Assembly: GCF_016432865.1 (NCBI RefSeq)
Contig: NC_067400.1
Location: forward strand, 335,110,001 to 335,174,000
Direction: 5' to 3'
Length of the DNA: 64,000 bases
DNA from: Antechinus flavipes
Taxonomy: Eukaryota
The position numbers and the translations under genes were made by a program. Under the pieces are notes generated by a model that did no database searches, was not told the origin of the DNA, and saw only the letters and a program-made list of their open reading frames with translations. Below are positions 34,735 to 47,719 of this stretch, piece by piece. The stretch's first letter is position 1, and each line of letters opens with the position of its first letter.

Positions 34735-37104
34735 AAAACTATAACTTAACAACTGACTTGTAAAGCTCTGTCAAGAATTTCCCACATCTATGATCTTATA
34801 GATTCATACATTTAAAGAAGAATAAGATCTTAGTAATCCATTCCCTTCTTTCTAACAAGTAAGGAAACTAAGGCCCAAGGAAGTTAGGTTATGGTAGCCA
34901 GGATGTAATGAAATTAGAGGGAACGGTATCTGGGTCAATTGTTTGACATGCCCCTTCCAGGATTAGTAGTGGTGACATAATAATTTCTCTTCTTGGAATT
35001 AGAATTAGAAATAGGGGGTCTGAGGATAAGGAGATGCTCATTAATCAGGAGCTTAGGGTCTCGGAGTGAGACTTGAATTCTGGTTAGATGTGAAAGTTTG
35101 AAGCTCTGATGACATGTTAGTCAGCCAGAAAGTAGCCTGATGGGTTTGGGTGTAGGTGAGTATTTTCTTTTGGTTTTTCTTTCTTCCAACTGAATATCTT
35201 ATTAGGAATGTCTTCCTATAATTCTTTGGACACCATTTGCCACTTCTTATGGCATCCACATATTAATCTTTTACTTTTCCCTAGACATTGAGAATGAGAA
35301 TAAAGACTTCAGAATAATGGAGAGGCAAGAACAGTAGGCCTAAAGTAGGCCTGGAGACCTAAATTCTGATCTCATTTTGGGCACTAACTTGGTACATGTC
35401 AATGACTTTTAAAGAAATTATTTATTCTATTGGAGCCTATTTCATCTACTATGCAATAAGGGATTTGGATCAAATGATCTCCAAATTTCTTGATACTTCT
35501 AATAGTCTACAACTGTCTTGATGAAGGTGGCAAGGAAGATGAGGGAGTGAGTGAAGTGATCCGGCATCTTCTTCAGACTCAATAAGCATGGGAGTGATGC
35601 TCATTGGACACTTGTGATTACTAACTTGTAGAAACTATCACTGATAGGCATGTGGATATGCTCCCGAACAATTTGATGAGAGTCAGTTTTGAAAGCCAAA
35701 CCTTTAAATGGTTGAGGAAAGTTAATTTAACTTGGATCCTCAAATATTTAGGTTCAAATCATGAGAATTTCCGATATTAACTTGTTTATGACTTGCTTTT
35801 TGCTTCTGTCAAACTTCTGGAGTTAACTCAGGTCTGGATTTTTATTTGTTCAGTAAACTAACAGATACAAGCAAGAACAGCATTGAAACAAGGAAACATT
35901 TAATCAAGTCAGAAACAAATAGCAAAATACAGGAAAACATTCATTTCATTCCCCCAGAATACTTTGTATCTTGATCCCCTTCAGACAAAATGGGAAAAGC
36001 AGTCTCTTTGAACAGTCTCTTAATGTGGGCAGACTTTGTATAACTATTTGAATACTGTTTCTGCCTGTATCTGTGGTTTGTTGCCCTAGTTCCCGGCAAC
36101 TATCATCTCCAGATATTTTCCAGATTGTCTTGCCTCAAGCATTGCTTATCACTTGCTTAGTTCATCTTATCCTACCTTTCTGTTCTTCCATACTAGAACA
36201 CTCAGTTAAGTTCTCCATTATCATCTATTTTCCCAGCAAACTCCTAACCTAATTAGCAATTGCATGAAGACATATAACCTCATAGGAATTGGAGTACATG
36301 GCTCTCCAGCATTATTATACTCTGAAACTTGGCATCCTGGGAAATGTAGTACTTTCCCATCTTGGTCATATATGCATGGCAACAATTGCTATTTCCTTTT
36401 TTAGAGTTTTGTATGAAAAGAATAATGTCATACTTTTCTTTTATCCCTTTCCCTTACATTGTCTGTGAGGAACCATTCTTGGCATGAGATTTCCATGGCA
36501 ATTCATATAGCCAGGAGAATACCTTGGATCTTTCAAGGAATCACTCCTCCTCCATAAAGGCTTGAATTAAGCATGCAAAGAAGGAGGTGGTGCAGTTGGG
36601 TGTACACATATTTCATTATTATCTGCTGATGCTGGAAGTACTTTTGAATGCAAAAAAAACCCAAAAAAAAAACAAAAAACAATGATAGAAACTTCCCAGA
36701 GACAGTTATATAAGACAACAATATTTATTCTTTGTGTTATCATTATATATGCATTGCAATTAACTTATTTGCATGATAAGCATATGAAATACAAACCATA
36801 GAAGCAGAACATTCTTAGGGACTTGCAATAACGAGGTTTAAAAAAATCAGATTTTCTCCATACATTCAGGATACTAAACAAATTAAAACACTCATCTGCC
36901 AAACTCATATCTTTAAAAATCTGTAGCAGAAAAGGAGATACTTGCAAAGCCTTCAGGAACATTCTTGAGTGTCTCTTACCACTCCTAAAAGATCTAGCAG
37001 CTCATATCATTTGAACAGATTGTAATACATTTTAAAAATAAATAAGATCATGTAAATAGAACCCTTGGAAGAAAACAAAGCATCAATTATACTATTAATA
37101 ATAA

Positions 37105-37350
37105 TGGTAGCATTTATATAGCACCTACTATGTAACAGGTACTGTACTAAACACTATAATTATTATTTCATTTGATTTTCACAACAACCCTGGGAGATAG
37201 ATATTAACATTGTTCCCATTTTTTTAGTTGAGAAAGCTGAGGCAAACAGAAATAAGAGGCTTGTCTAGGAAAACAGCAAGTATGTCAAATTGGATTTGTA
37301 CTCAGGTATTCCTGGCATCAAGTCCAGGATACTACCCACTGCACCTAAGT
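37105..37350 (-). mobile_element. MIR-type SINE
   Basis: 'gcatttatatagcacctactatgt..acaacaaccctgggag..gaaagctgaggca..ggatttgtactcagg'. Confidence 0.8.
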
Positions 37351-38129
37351 AAAATGTAGGTGCCTAAAAAAGTTAGATATATTGTACATCATCCTATTTG
37401 AATGTATTTTTGTTCATATTTTAAGGGAGAGTAACTACAGCCAAGAGAAATTAAATGATTTGTCTGAGATTAAATAGCCAGTTAGCAGCTGAACCAGAAT
37501 GAATATATGTTTCCTGAGTCTTAGGCCCAAGGTCTTTCCTTTGTAGCTAGTTGAATCTATATGCTATCATTGGTATCCAGGGTTATTTCTTACCCTCTTC
37601 CTCACCCCATCTCCTCTCCCTTCCTTATGAAGATGACCCTTTGCTACTTTATTTCTTTCTTCTAATCCTCTGTGCCCAATCAGAGTGGTCAAATTCAGTC
37701 CACCCCTGTCGCCATCTGTCTATTTTTAAGCTTCACAAATGTTTAAGACTTTCTTGGGTATTTTATGAGAAATATTTTGACAAGGGAAGAAAGATAGCCT
37801 TGAGCACATTTATTCTCAGCTTCTCTTGAGATGTTTTCACTTGAAGAGATGCTGTCAAGATTGATAGAAAGGGAAAAAATGGAAAGAAACAAACAAAATG
37901 GAATTTCTGGATTGTCTGCACATTCTTGATAATATTCCAAGGCTTTTTTCTCCCCAAACACCATAGAGCATCTGTGTTTACTGTGAATGAGCACTTCTAG
38001 AAACTACTTCACAATGAGTAAGTACATACAATGCCCACCAGAGTAAGCATCTTGGTCCAAGATGGACTCAGGAGAAAAAAGAAAAAGGAATTTGATTTCA
38101 CTAGCATGTCTTCTAGGGATTACTAGACA

Positions 38130-39260
38130 GAACAATTAAGAGTTATTGGTGTCAGTATGTGCAGAACAACTGCAAAGTGCTCAACCTTGTGGTATATGTT
38201 AGAGGCAGGGATATGGGAAAAGAAAACACTACCTTTGCCACTGAGAAACTGATAGTCTGGTCAAAAACCAAGGCAAATGTCCATGAAACAGAGAACAAGA
38301 TAGTATTTAAATAAATGCTAAACCTTGAGATACTATTAAGGGTCCTAGAAGTTTGAAGGAGCAAGAGACCCACACTGGACTTGAGAATCAAAGAAGGCTT
38401 CATGGAGGACCCAAGGTTTCAACTGTGTCTTAAAGGATAGTATTTGAATTGGGAGAGGACATGAATGGATCACATTCTAGTTGAGGAGAAATTGCCTAAA
38501 TGTGTCTTGTGTTAAGAACAGGAAGCAGATGAAACCCATCAACAGGGACTTCTTTGGGGGTACTTGCATCTTCCAAAAATATGTATAAATGGAAGACTGT
38601 CACTGAAACCAAACCATTTTTTCCCGGTTCTTTATACCAACATCTTCAACTCCAATGCGGGGTAATTGTGTTATTACTATATGTAGCTTAGGATTATATG
38701 GGTTTGGTTTTTTTTACAAATTTAGTTCAACACCTACTCTTTACAAGGCACTATGCCTTGTGTAAGTGACAAAAAAGAAAAATGAAATAATATCTATCTC
38801 AAAGATCTTCTATTTCTACTGGCAGTGAATAAAACAAATGCAGAAAAGTATAATACAAAGTAAAGAATCAAGTGGACTAGAGAACTATCAAAATGCTCAC
38901 AGAATATTTGAGAGATATATCAAAAGTCAAACTTTTTAGAAGAGCTCACATTTGAGCTAATTCTTATAGGAAAATAATAATTCTGAAAGAAGAAGACGAG
39001 AAGTATGCAATCTGGGAGAATTAGGCAAATGCATGGAGACAGAAGTTGGCATTTGGAATTTGGGAATTGACTAAGTTGTTCAATTTGTCTAGAAAATAGA
39101 ATATTCAAAAGAGAAGTGTCTAAAAAAGGATAGGCTAACCCAGGGCCAGATTTTGGGGGATCTTAAATATCACATTAAAGATTTTTGTCTTTGTTCCTAG
39201 AAGCAACAGGGAGCTGCTGATGGTTCTTGAGGAAAAGAATGACATAAATCTGTGCTTTAA
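38130..39260 (-). mobile_element. L2 fragments (38130-38540, 38700-39260)
   Basis: 'gaaggcttcatggagg', 'caacagggagctgctgatggttcttgagg..aaatctgtgctttaagattattttag'. Confidence 0.65.
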
Positions 39261-39714
39261 GATTATTTTAGTGACATGTACATTGATTGCCCAGCAGGAA
39301 ATCCATGGATTTCACCTAAATAGTCAAGCTTTGAATAGCTCCTTTATCAGATATCTTTTCAGAGGTTCCCTCACCAAATTCACAACAGAAACCCACCTAA
39401 ATCAGCACAAACATCCATTCTTAAATTCTTAAAACTTTGGACTAATTCAGCAAATTCAAGGCCTGTACTAGAGCCTGACTCTTTAAAGAAGCCTTTTCTG
39501 ATTTCTTTAACTCTTAATTACCTTTTGGGGGGGTTATATAGCATGTCTTTAGGGTCTGGGTCAACACAATCTCATTTTGTTCTTTTGTTGTTTGTAGTGA
39601 GCTCTAGTCTCTTCTTTTCCACTAACTTGATGGGTCACCTCAGAAAAATCATTTTGTTACTGTGGGGCCCTAGTTTACTCATCTATTAAATGAAAAAGGT
39701 TATTTCAACTAATC

Positions 39715-39900
39715 TACTGAAGCTGGGAAAGAGCTCAAGAGCCAATTGTTAAATTTTCAGGATGAACACTTTTACGTCTGAAATCAGCAAATGCTTAAAT
39801 GAGTGTTTGCTTGATTGATTAGTTGATTGTCTAAACTTATGGTAAAGAAGAGTGCCATCAAACATTCCATAAAAAAAATTATTAAACTTCAATTACACAC
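39715..39900 (+). mobile_element. hAT-Tip100-type fragment
   Basis: 'gagccaattgttaaattttcagg..aaatcagcaaatgc..gttgattgtctaaactta'; reverse-complementary to 33705-33880. Confidence 0.65.
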
Positions 39901-39959
39901 AAAAGCCCAAACTTCAGGACCCCAGTGCTCTCCCACAGTGTCATTGTCAAGGAAGCATA

Positions 39960-40800
39960 TACTTACCAACATAGATTTATCACCATTCTTCTAATCACTC
40001 CATTTTCACAGTCATGGAGTCATCCATAATTCTTCCTTACCAGCTTTCCCCAATTATTTCTTCCTCCCTGCATCTTGTCAGTTTTATCTTCAAAATACCT
40101 CTCACATCTGTACCTTTCTTTCTATTTAAATTACCATCATCTTAGTTCAGGTCCCCATACTGTGTCACTTGGACTACTGCAATGGCCTTCTAAATGATCT
40201 CCTCAACTCAGGTCTCTTCCCTTTTCAATCCATTCAATTCCATCTGCCAGAGGAATTCTCTTGATCCTGAGTTCTGGTCATGTTATTTTAACAAAACATG
40301 CAAACTCCTTCCATTTAATTTAAAAGCTCTTCATAATCTGGTTCCAGCTTGACTTTTAAGATTTGGTATACATTTTTTTCTCTTCATATACTCTATGACC
40401 CAACCCAATTGGACTGCTCTTCCATAATCCATAGCATTCCATCTTCCACCATTGCCTTTGCATTGGCTATTTCCCATACTTGAAATATATTCCCTCCCTT
40501 TCCTGTACCTCTTAGAATCCCTAGTTTAGCTCAAACATCCTGTCTTACATGAAGTCTTTGGCTGTTTTTTTTTTCCCATCTGGAAATTCCCTTATTATTA
40601 TTATATTGCTCTTACAATCCACTAGAATGCCAATACCTTTTTCACACAGACACTTGTCTAGCCACATCTCCTCCATCCTATTTGTGCATTGTTGGTTTTA
40701 GTGTTAGATTTATTTCCTTAGCTATATCATGAGCCCCTTATGGACAGAGACAATGTCTTGCAAATTTTTTCTCTTCCATTGCCACTTTATCAAGTCAAAA
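39960..40800 (+). mobile_element. L2 3' fragment
   Basis: 'cttggactactgcaatggccttctaaatgatctcc..atctgccagaggaattctc..aagctcttcataatctgg'. Confidence 0.7.
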
Positions 40801-43800
40801 ATAGTGAGGTTTAAGTAAATATTAGTTAATTGGATATGTATAATGAAAGAAGAGGCAAGTATGATATCACTGGTTCTGATCTGATGCCTTAAATCAATTT
40901 GAAGAGATGCTGAAACTCAGAGAACACTTGACATTGCCAGATCAGTGACCACAATGAGAGGACTAGTACTATTAATTAAGTGGGCACTCACAACATTTAT
41001 AGTTCTGTAATAATGAAAAAAAAAAATCAGCAGAGGTTAGCACATAATTAGCAAGACTAAATGTTAAAGTTAAAATGGGAAACTACCAGAGAGGGATAAC
41101 TCTTGTGAATTCCTTTGTGTTCTGCCCACACACTGCCCTGCCTCCCTATTTTCCTGCCTCCTGGAATCTCTATATTCATACTATGGCGCTCCATGTCCCC
41201 CATCCTCACTCATCTTTCTGCTTGTCCTGGATATAAAAATTCCTCATTCTAGCTCTGCATTTGGGAGTGAGATGTCATGATTTTAGTAGATGGTCATATA
41301 AAGTTTGTCAGAGAATTGTAAAGAATAGGCAACAGTACAGGGGTAACTTGGGGAAATAGAGAAGGGAAAACCAGAACCTACTACTGGTATCTTTACATGA
41401 TCCTTAATGACAATATTTTTCACCTTGGAGTGGTGCCTTGACTATTTTCTTCCAATGGAAGTCTGTAGTATAAATGGTAATTCCACAGCAGCTGGAGTAC
41501 TTAATTCTATCTTGTCCTAATCAGCTGGAATTTACTAATTAGCAGCCAGTCTGGGTTGTAAGGCAGTAGGATAAAGAGTAGGATGGGGCTTTGGAGAGCA
41601 ATCTAGCTTTGCTCCCAGTGCTCATCAGATCTGGAAGAAAGAAATGGTCTGAGTGAGCAAATTTGGCTTTCCATGTCCCTGGAGCCTCACCTACTTTTTC
41701 CAGTCTGGTGCCTTGTATCAGCAACCTAAACTCCCTGCTATCTTTCTCTTAACCCCACTCTTTCCAGTCCAGAGGAACTGAGAAAAGGAGTAAGGCTGTC
41801 AGCTTGAGGAGAGTAACCTCTTGGACTCACTCGTCATTTGTCAGTAATGACATAGGTCAAAATACTCAACTTCTCAAATGGCTCCACATTAGGATTCCTG
41901 ATGTCCAATTAAATCTTCTGAGATGACTGAACCTGCATCTCTGACACTTATATTAGCTATCAGAACTGAAAGAAATAAACAAGCAAGTAAGATAAGACTC
42001 AATCATATAGCAACTTAATTTTTGCAGATATTTAGCATGCCTTATCCTTTTGGGGGAGATCTCAATGGGGCCTCTGGGTCAGCCATGATGTAGAACAATA
42101 GAATTTAGAACTAGAAGACTGTAGAACTGTAGAAACCATGCGATTTGTCCACTTCATTTTACAGATAAGGAAGCAATCCTAGAGAGACTGGACAATTTTT
42201 CTGAAGCCACACAACTAGTTAGTAAGAGAATGAGACCAGAACCCATTGTCTCTGTCAAACAATATAGATTATGTATATAGAGAGAGCTATGCTGTATGAT
42301 ATAAATAGGTCAGAGGAAATGAGGTTTATTAAGAGCTGGATTCATCAGAGCTGGTTTCTGGAGGAGGTAGGATTTAGGGCTGGCCTTGGAAGACTGGTAG
42401 AATTAGGATATTGTTCTAGGATTGTCCTTTAGGCTGGGGCCAGGTGAAGCTCTTTGCCTCAATTACACTTGGTTAAGGGCTCAGGGATGCACGGCACACA
42501 TAAGAATTGTAATAAACTGGTCTTTGTGCAGCCTGGAAAACAAATACTGGACTGATGAGAAAGAATGTGAAAATAATCCCATGATTCTGACCCAGAACAA
42601 ACAATAATATTTTCCAGTTCAAAGATAGTGAGAATCTATTAATAGCCTTGTAATTCCAGAGGCTAAGGGATTTGCTTTCATCAGGTTCCATTCTGAAAGG
42701 GAGCATCAAAGTTCTAGCAGGAAGGACCTGCAGACGCCACATCAGCCACACACACACTAATAATAGTGCCGGCAGCACACCGGGTGCCCAGGGACAGCTT
42801 TCAACACAGACATCACAGCCTGCCTTGCTCCCAGAGGCCCAAAATCTAGCAATGGCAGCTGCTCCATTCCCTAGGAAAGATGATGAAAGAAAAAGAAAAG
42901 GGAACAAAATAACAATCACAGTTTGCTTCAGCAAAACAATATTGTAATTTTTTTAAGGAAAAATGGGACAATGATTTAGTCAGTCAATCAATCAATAGAT
43001 TGTCCCTGAGAGCCTGTTTTCTGTCCAGTCTGGTGCTATGTGGGAAGTAAGGAGGTATACTTTATGCCCTGGAAGAACTTATAGACTGGTTAAAGAAATA
43101 AGTCATGTATAGAGAAGGAGCTAAAACTAGACATTTTTCTACCTCAAGCAAAAGCAGTTGGGGATGGAAGTGCAGGGAGAAGGACATTGGTTCAGTTACT
43201 GGAAGAGAAGTAGAAGTCCAATTCTCATACTGAAGAGGTTGGGGGAAGGGGAAAGGAAAATTTGATCTTGAAGAGAAAGTCTCCACAATGACAGGACTCT
43301 ATGGATGACAACTGCCCACAGTCACCATGTATAAGAAACATGCCTCCCTCACCCGCTGTCAGCACCCTAAGACAAAGCCCCATTTGTTTGTTCCATGCTA
43401 CTTAACAGTTCTGTACATATGAAACAATCAATGCACAATTAAGTACTAAACAGTGTGGTGCAGACTAAGTACTATAGGAATTCAGACAAAGGGAGAAATC
43501 TGTGTGGGATGTAGTAGTGAGGGAAAGCTTTCTGGGGGAATGGTACATTTAAACTGGCCCTTAAAAGTTCATCTGGGATTTAAACAAACTTACCTCTAGG
43601 TAAAAAGGATAGCCTAAGCAAAGACATTGAGATGAGAGTGGAATTGAACATAGTATTTTTAGGTTAATCAGTCAGTGGACAGATCTGATTGAAGCAAATG
43701 ACTCTTGTTAGAGAGTGGGATAGGAGACAGGAAACCAAACTTTGGGGAATTAAGGTATAAAGAGAACCTCAAGTCTTTAGGAAAAAGAGAATTCTAATAG

Positions 43801-44189
43801 CATCTTCCTAGTCCCTAGTTCAAGATTCTTTTTCAGCTGCCCTGAATGTAGCTAATGCCAATTCTCTCTCCAAGTTTCTGTCTTCAAGACGCAAAGATTT
43901 CACTTTTGAACTAAGAAGATGAGGTTTAAAAACTTAATAAGTAGAAAGTTCCTTTGTTTCTATATCTTGTCTTTGGCTATTTGAAGTTTTATAAATTTTC
44001 AGCACATTCTTCCAAATGAGTCCACCTTTCAAAAAAGAAGTTATTAAATCTCAAACATTAACTTTTTGATTCTAAGTTTGTAAAGAATCTCACCAGTGAA
44101 TACTTTCAGTGATCAATAAATACTAAGTGTTTATTGTGTCTACAACACTGCACCATCACTGGCAAAAGATGCAACGTTTATAAGTAACA

Positions 44190-44390
44190 ATAATAACATT
44201 AGCTAGCATTTCTATAGCATTTTAAGGTTTACAAAGCATTTCACAAATATCTTATTTTATCTGTACAACTATCCTGTGAGGTAAATGGTGTTATTATTCT
44301 TATTTTATAGATGGGAAACTAAGGTAAAAGGCAGTTAAGTGACTTTACCCAAGGTCACACAACTAATAAGTTTAAATAAGACAGTTTCAA
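44190..44390 (-). mobile_element. MIR SINE
   Basis: 'agctagcatttctatagcattttaaggtttacaaagc..ttatagatgggaaactaagg..aaggtcacacaacta'. Confidence 0.8.
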
Positions 44391-44659
44391 TTCTCATGGA
44401 TCTTACAAGTTAGTAATCATAAGTCATAGGATTTAGAGTTTCAGTGTACCATTTTACAGATGAAGAAACAGTAGTACTAAACAGTTAAAGGTATTATCTG
44501 AGGTTACCAGGATTTGAATCTATGCCCTGTGACTCCAGAGCTAATATTCTTTCTACTACTATGTAGGTACTTGTGGAAAGAATTTGAGAATAAAGAGACT
44601 TGCCTTCTAATGTCATTTGGACCACTAGAAGTGATATAAGATTATTTAATTATTCTAGT

Positions 44660-44875
44660 TGTATCTTTCTGTGTGTGATCCCTTTTGGAATTTTCTTGGC
44701 AAAAACACCAGTGGTTTGCCATTTCCTTCTCCAGCTCATTTTACAGATGAGGAAACAGAGGCAACTGGGGTGAAGTGACTTGACCAGATCACACAGCTAG
44801 TAAGTGTCTGAGACTGGATTTTACTTCAGATTTTCTTGACTCCAGGCCCAACAACACTCTATTCACTGCCATATA
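44660..44875 (-). mobile_element. MAR1 SINE
   Basis: 'ttcttggcaaaaacaccagtggtttgccatttccttctccagctcattttacagatgaggaaac'. Confidence 0.85.
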
Positions 44876-44924
44876 GGCTCTTGTGGGAAGAATTTTGGAA
44901 TTTGGAATAGAGACTTGCCTTTTT

Positions 44925-45472
44925 ATGTATAAAGAATACATGTATACCTTGTTCTAGAAACTAGATGTGGAAAGGTCATTGCACCAGAAAAAGGGTAAAG
45001 TGGGGGTACTACATCTCATGAAGAGGCAAAGAAAACCTATTATATCTGAGAGAAAGAATGGAGGGGGATGAATATAGTGGGTATCTTACTGCCTTCAGAA
45101 TTGGCTTTAAGAGAAAAATTTTAGACATATTCAATTTATGGTGAAACTTCTCCCACCTCATTGAAAAGTGAGAAGGGAAAAGTGAAAAGGGAAGGAATAA
45201 GCTAAGTGAAAGGGAATACGGAAACTGGGAGGGAAAGGGGTAAGATAGGGGGAGGAACTCTAAGGCGGGGGAGGGGGAAGAGATACTAAAGGGAGGGCTG
45301 TGAGAAACAAGTGGTGCTCACAAGCTTAATACTGGGAAGGGGGGTAAGGGGGAAAGAAGGGAGAAAAGCATAAACAGGAGTTAACAAGATGGCAAGTAAT
45401 ACAGAACTGGTCATTTTAACCATAAATGTGAACGGGAAACTCCCCCATAAAGAGGAAGCGGTTAGCAGAATG
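44925..45472 (+). mobile_element. Internal young-L1 fragment (inter-ORF spacer plus ORF2 N-terminus), no poly(A), 15-bp TSD
   Basis: ORF2 start at 45389 reads MASNTELVILTINVNG then, after a 2-nt shift, NSPIKRKRLAEW (L1 endonuclease N-terminus). TSD gagacttgccttttt at 44910-44924 and 45473-45487. Confidence 0.85.
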
Positions 45473-46880
45473 GAGACTTGCCTTTTTCTGTAACTTGGAC
45501 AAATAAGACACTATGTAAAAGTAAGAACTTGTTGCTTGATTATCACTACCACCACCACCCTCATCATCTCATCATCATTATTGTTGCCATTGTCATTGTT
45601 ATCCAAGCAAGAGATAATTAAAACTATACTGGTTTCTTATGTTGACCCTGGATTCAGATGTCTCAGGTATAGCTAAAATACCCAATGAAACAGGAGATAA
45701 TATTGCCATTCTTTTACATGGTTGACAAAACAAACAAGAGTAATTATCTAAAAGCATTAGTGTGTCCACTGTATAAACAACCCCTTGATAGCCCCATAAT
45801 GAAAGTACCCAAAAAGCATTACAGTAGGTCAGAGCTGGTAGTTGTCAGGGTATAAAGTTGCCACCTATATTTCCTTTATCAAGGTTTCTTAACCTTGGCT
45901 TTATTCCGTACCTCCAATTTATTATTTATTTATTTAAGCACTTTCATTTTTAAATTTTGAATTCCAAATCATCTAAATTCCTCTCACCTCCTATTTACTA
46001 GATAATCAAGCAATATGATAACAATTATATATGTGAAGTTGTGCAGAACATTTCCATATTAGCCATATTGCAGAAAATATTTTTTTTAAATAAAGTGAGA
46101 AAACAATACTTCAATTTGCAGTCAAAGTTCATAAGTTCCCTCTCTGAAGATGTATTGCATTTTTTCATCATGAGATGTTTGGAATTGTCTTGGATAATTA
46201 TATTGATTTGAGTAGCCAAGTTTTCACAGTTGATTATCATTACATTACGTACAATGTTCTCTCTACCTACTACATATAATGACTTCCCAGTTCTCCTCAC
46301 TTCAGTGTGTACTGGTTCATATAAAAGTTGCCATATTTTTCCTGAAACCACCCCCTTCATCACCATAGTACTCTATCACAATCATGTGCCACAAGTTCTT
46401 CAGTCATTCCCCAATTGATGGATATCCTCTTAATTCCCAATTCTTTGCTACCACAAAGAGATATGATATAAATATTTTTGTACATATATCTCCTTTTCCT
46501 TTTTCTTTGGTATCTTTATGATTTTAACCTGTAGTGAAATTGTGGGTCAAAGACTATTTCAGTTCTTTAGACATAGTTCCAAAGTTGGACCTGTCCACTC
46601 TTCCATCACCAATTCATTAATGTACCTGTTTTCTCTCATCCCCTCCAGAATCTGTCATTTCTGACAGAAATGTAATAGTACCTCAGAGTTGATTTAATTT
46701 TCATTTCTCTAATCAAAAGTGATTTTAGAGCATTTTTAACATGATTCTAGATAACTATTTCTTCTGAAAACTGCCTTTTCATATCCTCGACCATATATCA
46801 ATTGGGAAATGGCTCTTATTTCTATAAATTCAACTCAATTATCTACATATCTGAGGAAGAAACTTATTGTAAAAATTTTG

Positions 46881-47175
46881 GATATTACTTCATTATGTAT
46901 AGTATCTATTAGCAAAATGTAATTTCCCTGATTCTCTCTTTTACATTTGGTGTATTTTTGCTTTTGCTTTGTCTGCGATCATGATTGCTTTTCCTACCTT
47001 TTTCTCCCACTAGCTGAAGCATATGAGACTTTTCCAGATCTATATCTTTAACTCTGTGTGTGTCTTTTTGTTTTAAGTGTGTCACTTGTAAACAACATAT
47101 TGTTGGATTCTGGTTTTTAATCCATTCTGCTCTCCACTTCCACTTTATGAATGAATTTATTCCATTCCAATTCAC
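46881..47175 (-). pseudogene. L1 ORF2p endonuclease N-terminal remnant
   Basis: 'NGINSFIKWKWRAEWIKNQNPTICCLQVTHLKQKDTHRVK' is the L1 EN motif (NG.NSPIKR..W..PTICCLQETH). Confidence 0.85.
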
Positions 47176-47719
47176 AGTTATAATTATTAACTATATATTT
47201 CTTTCCATTCTATTTTCTTTTTATTTTTTTTGTCTCTTTTTATCCTGTCTCTTCTCAAAAGTCTATTTTGCTTCTAACCACTGCTTCCCTTAATGTGCCC
47301 TCCTTTTTATTAACCTTTCTCTCTTTCTCTTATCCTCCTTCCCTATTTCTATATAGAATTGAGTGTGTGTATATATATTCTTCCCTCTTTGAACCAATTC
47401 TGATGAGAATGAGGTTCAAATATTGCCCATTACAGCCTTTTATATTTCCTCTTCTATAAAAGCTCTTCTTTGGATACCTTTTAAAATGTGAAAATTTTTC
47501 CATTCTGCTTCTTGCTTCTCTTTTCTCCCACTGCATCTTTCTTTCACACTTCTTCATTTTTTTGATCATTCCAACATAATTCTCATATCCATAATCTCTA
47601 TGAAAACTCCTTTTAACTGTCCTAATAATAATAAAGTTCTTAGGACTTTAACATGAATCATCTTCTCATATAGCAATGTAAACTATTTGATCTTATTGAG
47701 TCCCTTAGAATTTCCTTTC

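Noticed and set aside
35807-36223. Possible minus-strand solo LTR (TG..CA ends, ATTAAA)
   Set aside because: The flanks (gcttc / tctat) are not a TSD and I do not recognise the family.
37964-38020. Candidate 51-nt exon ending ATGA|gtaagt
   Set aside because: Stops in all three frames, a mediocre acceptor and no other support.
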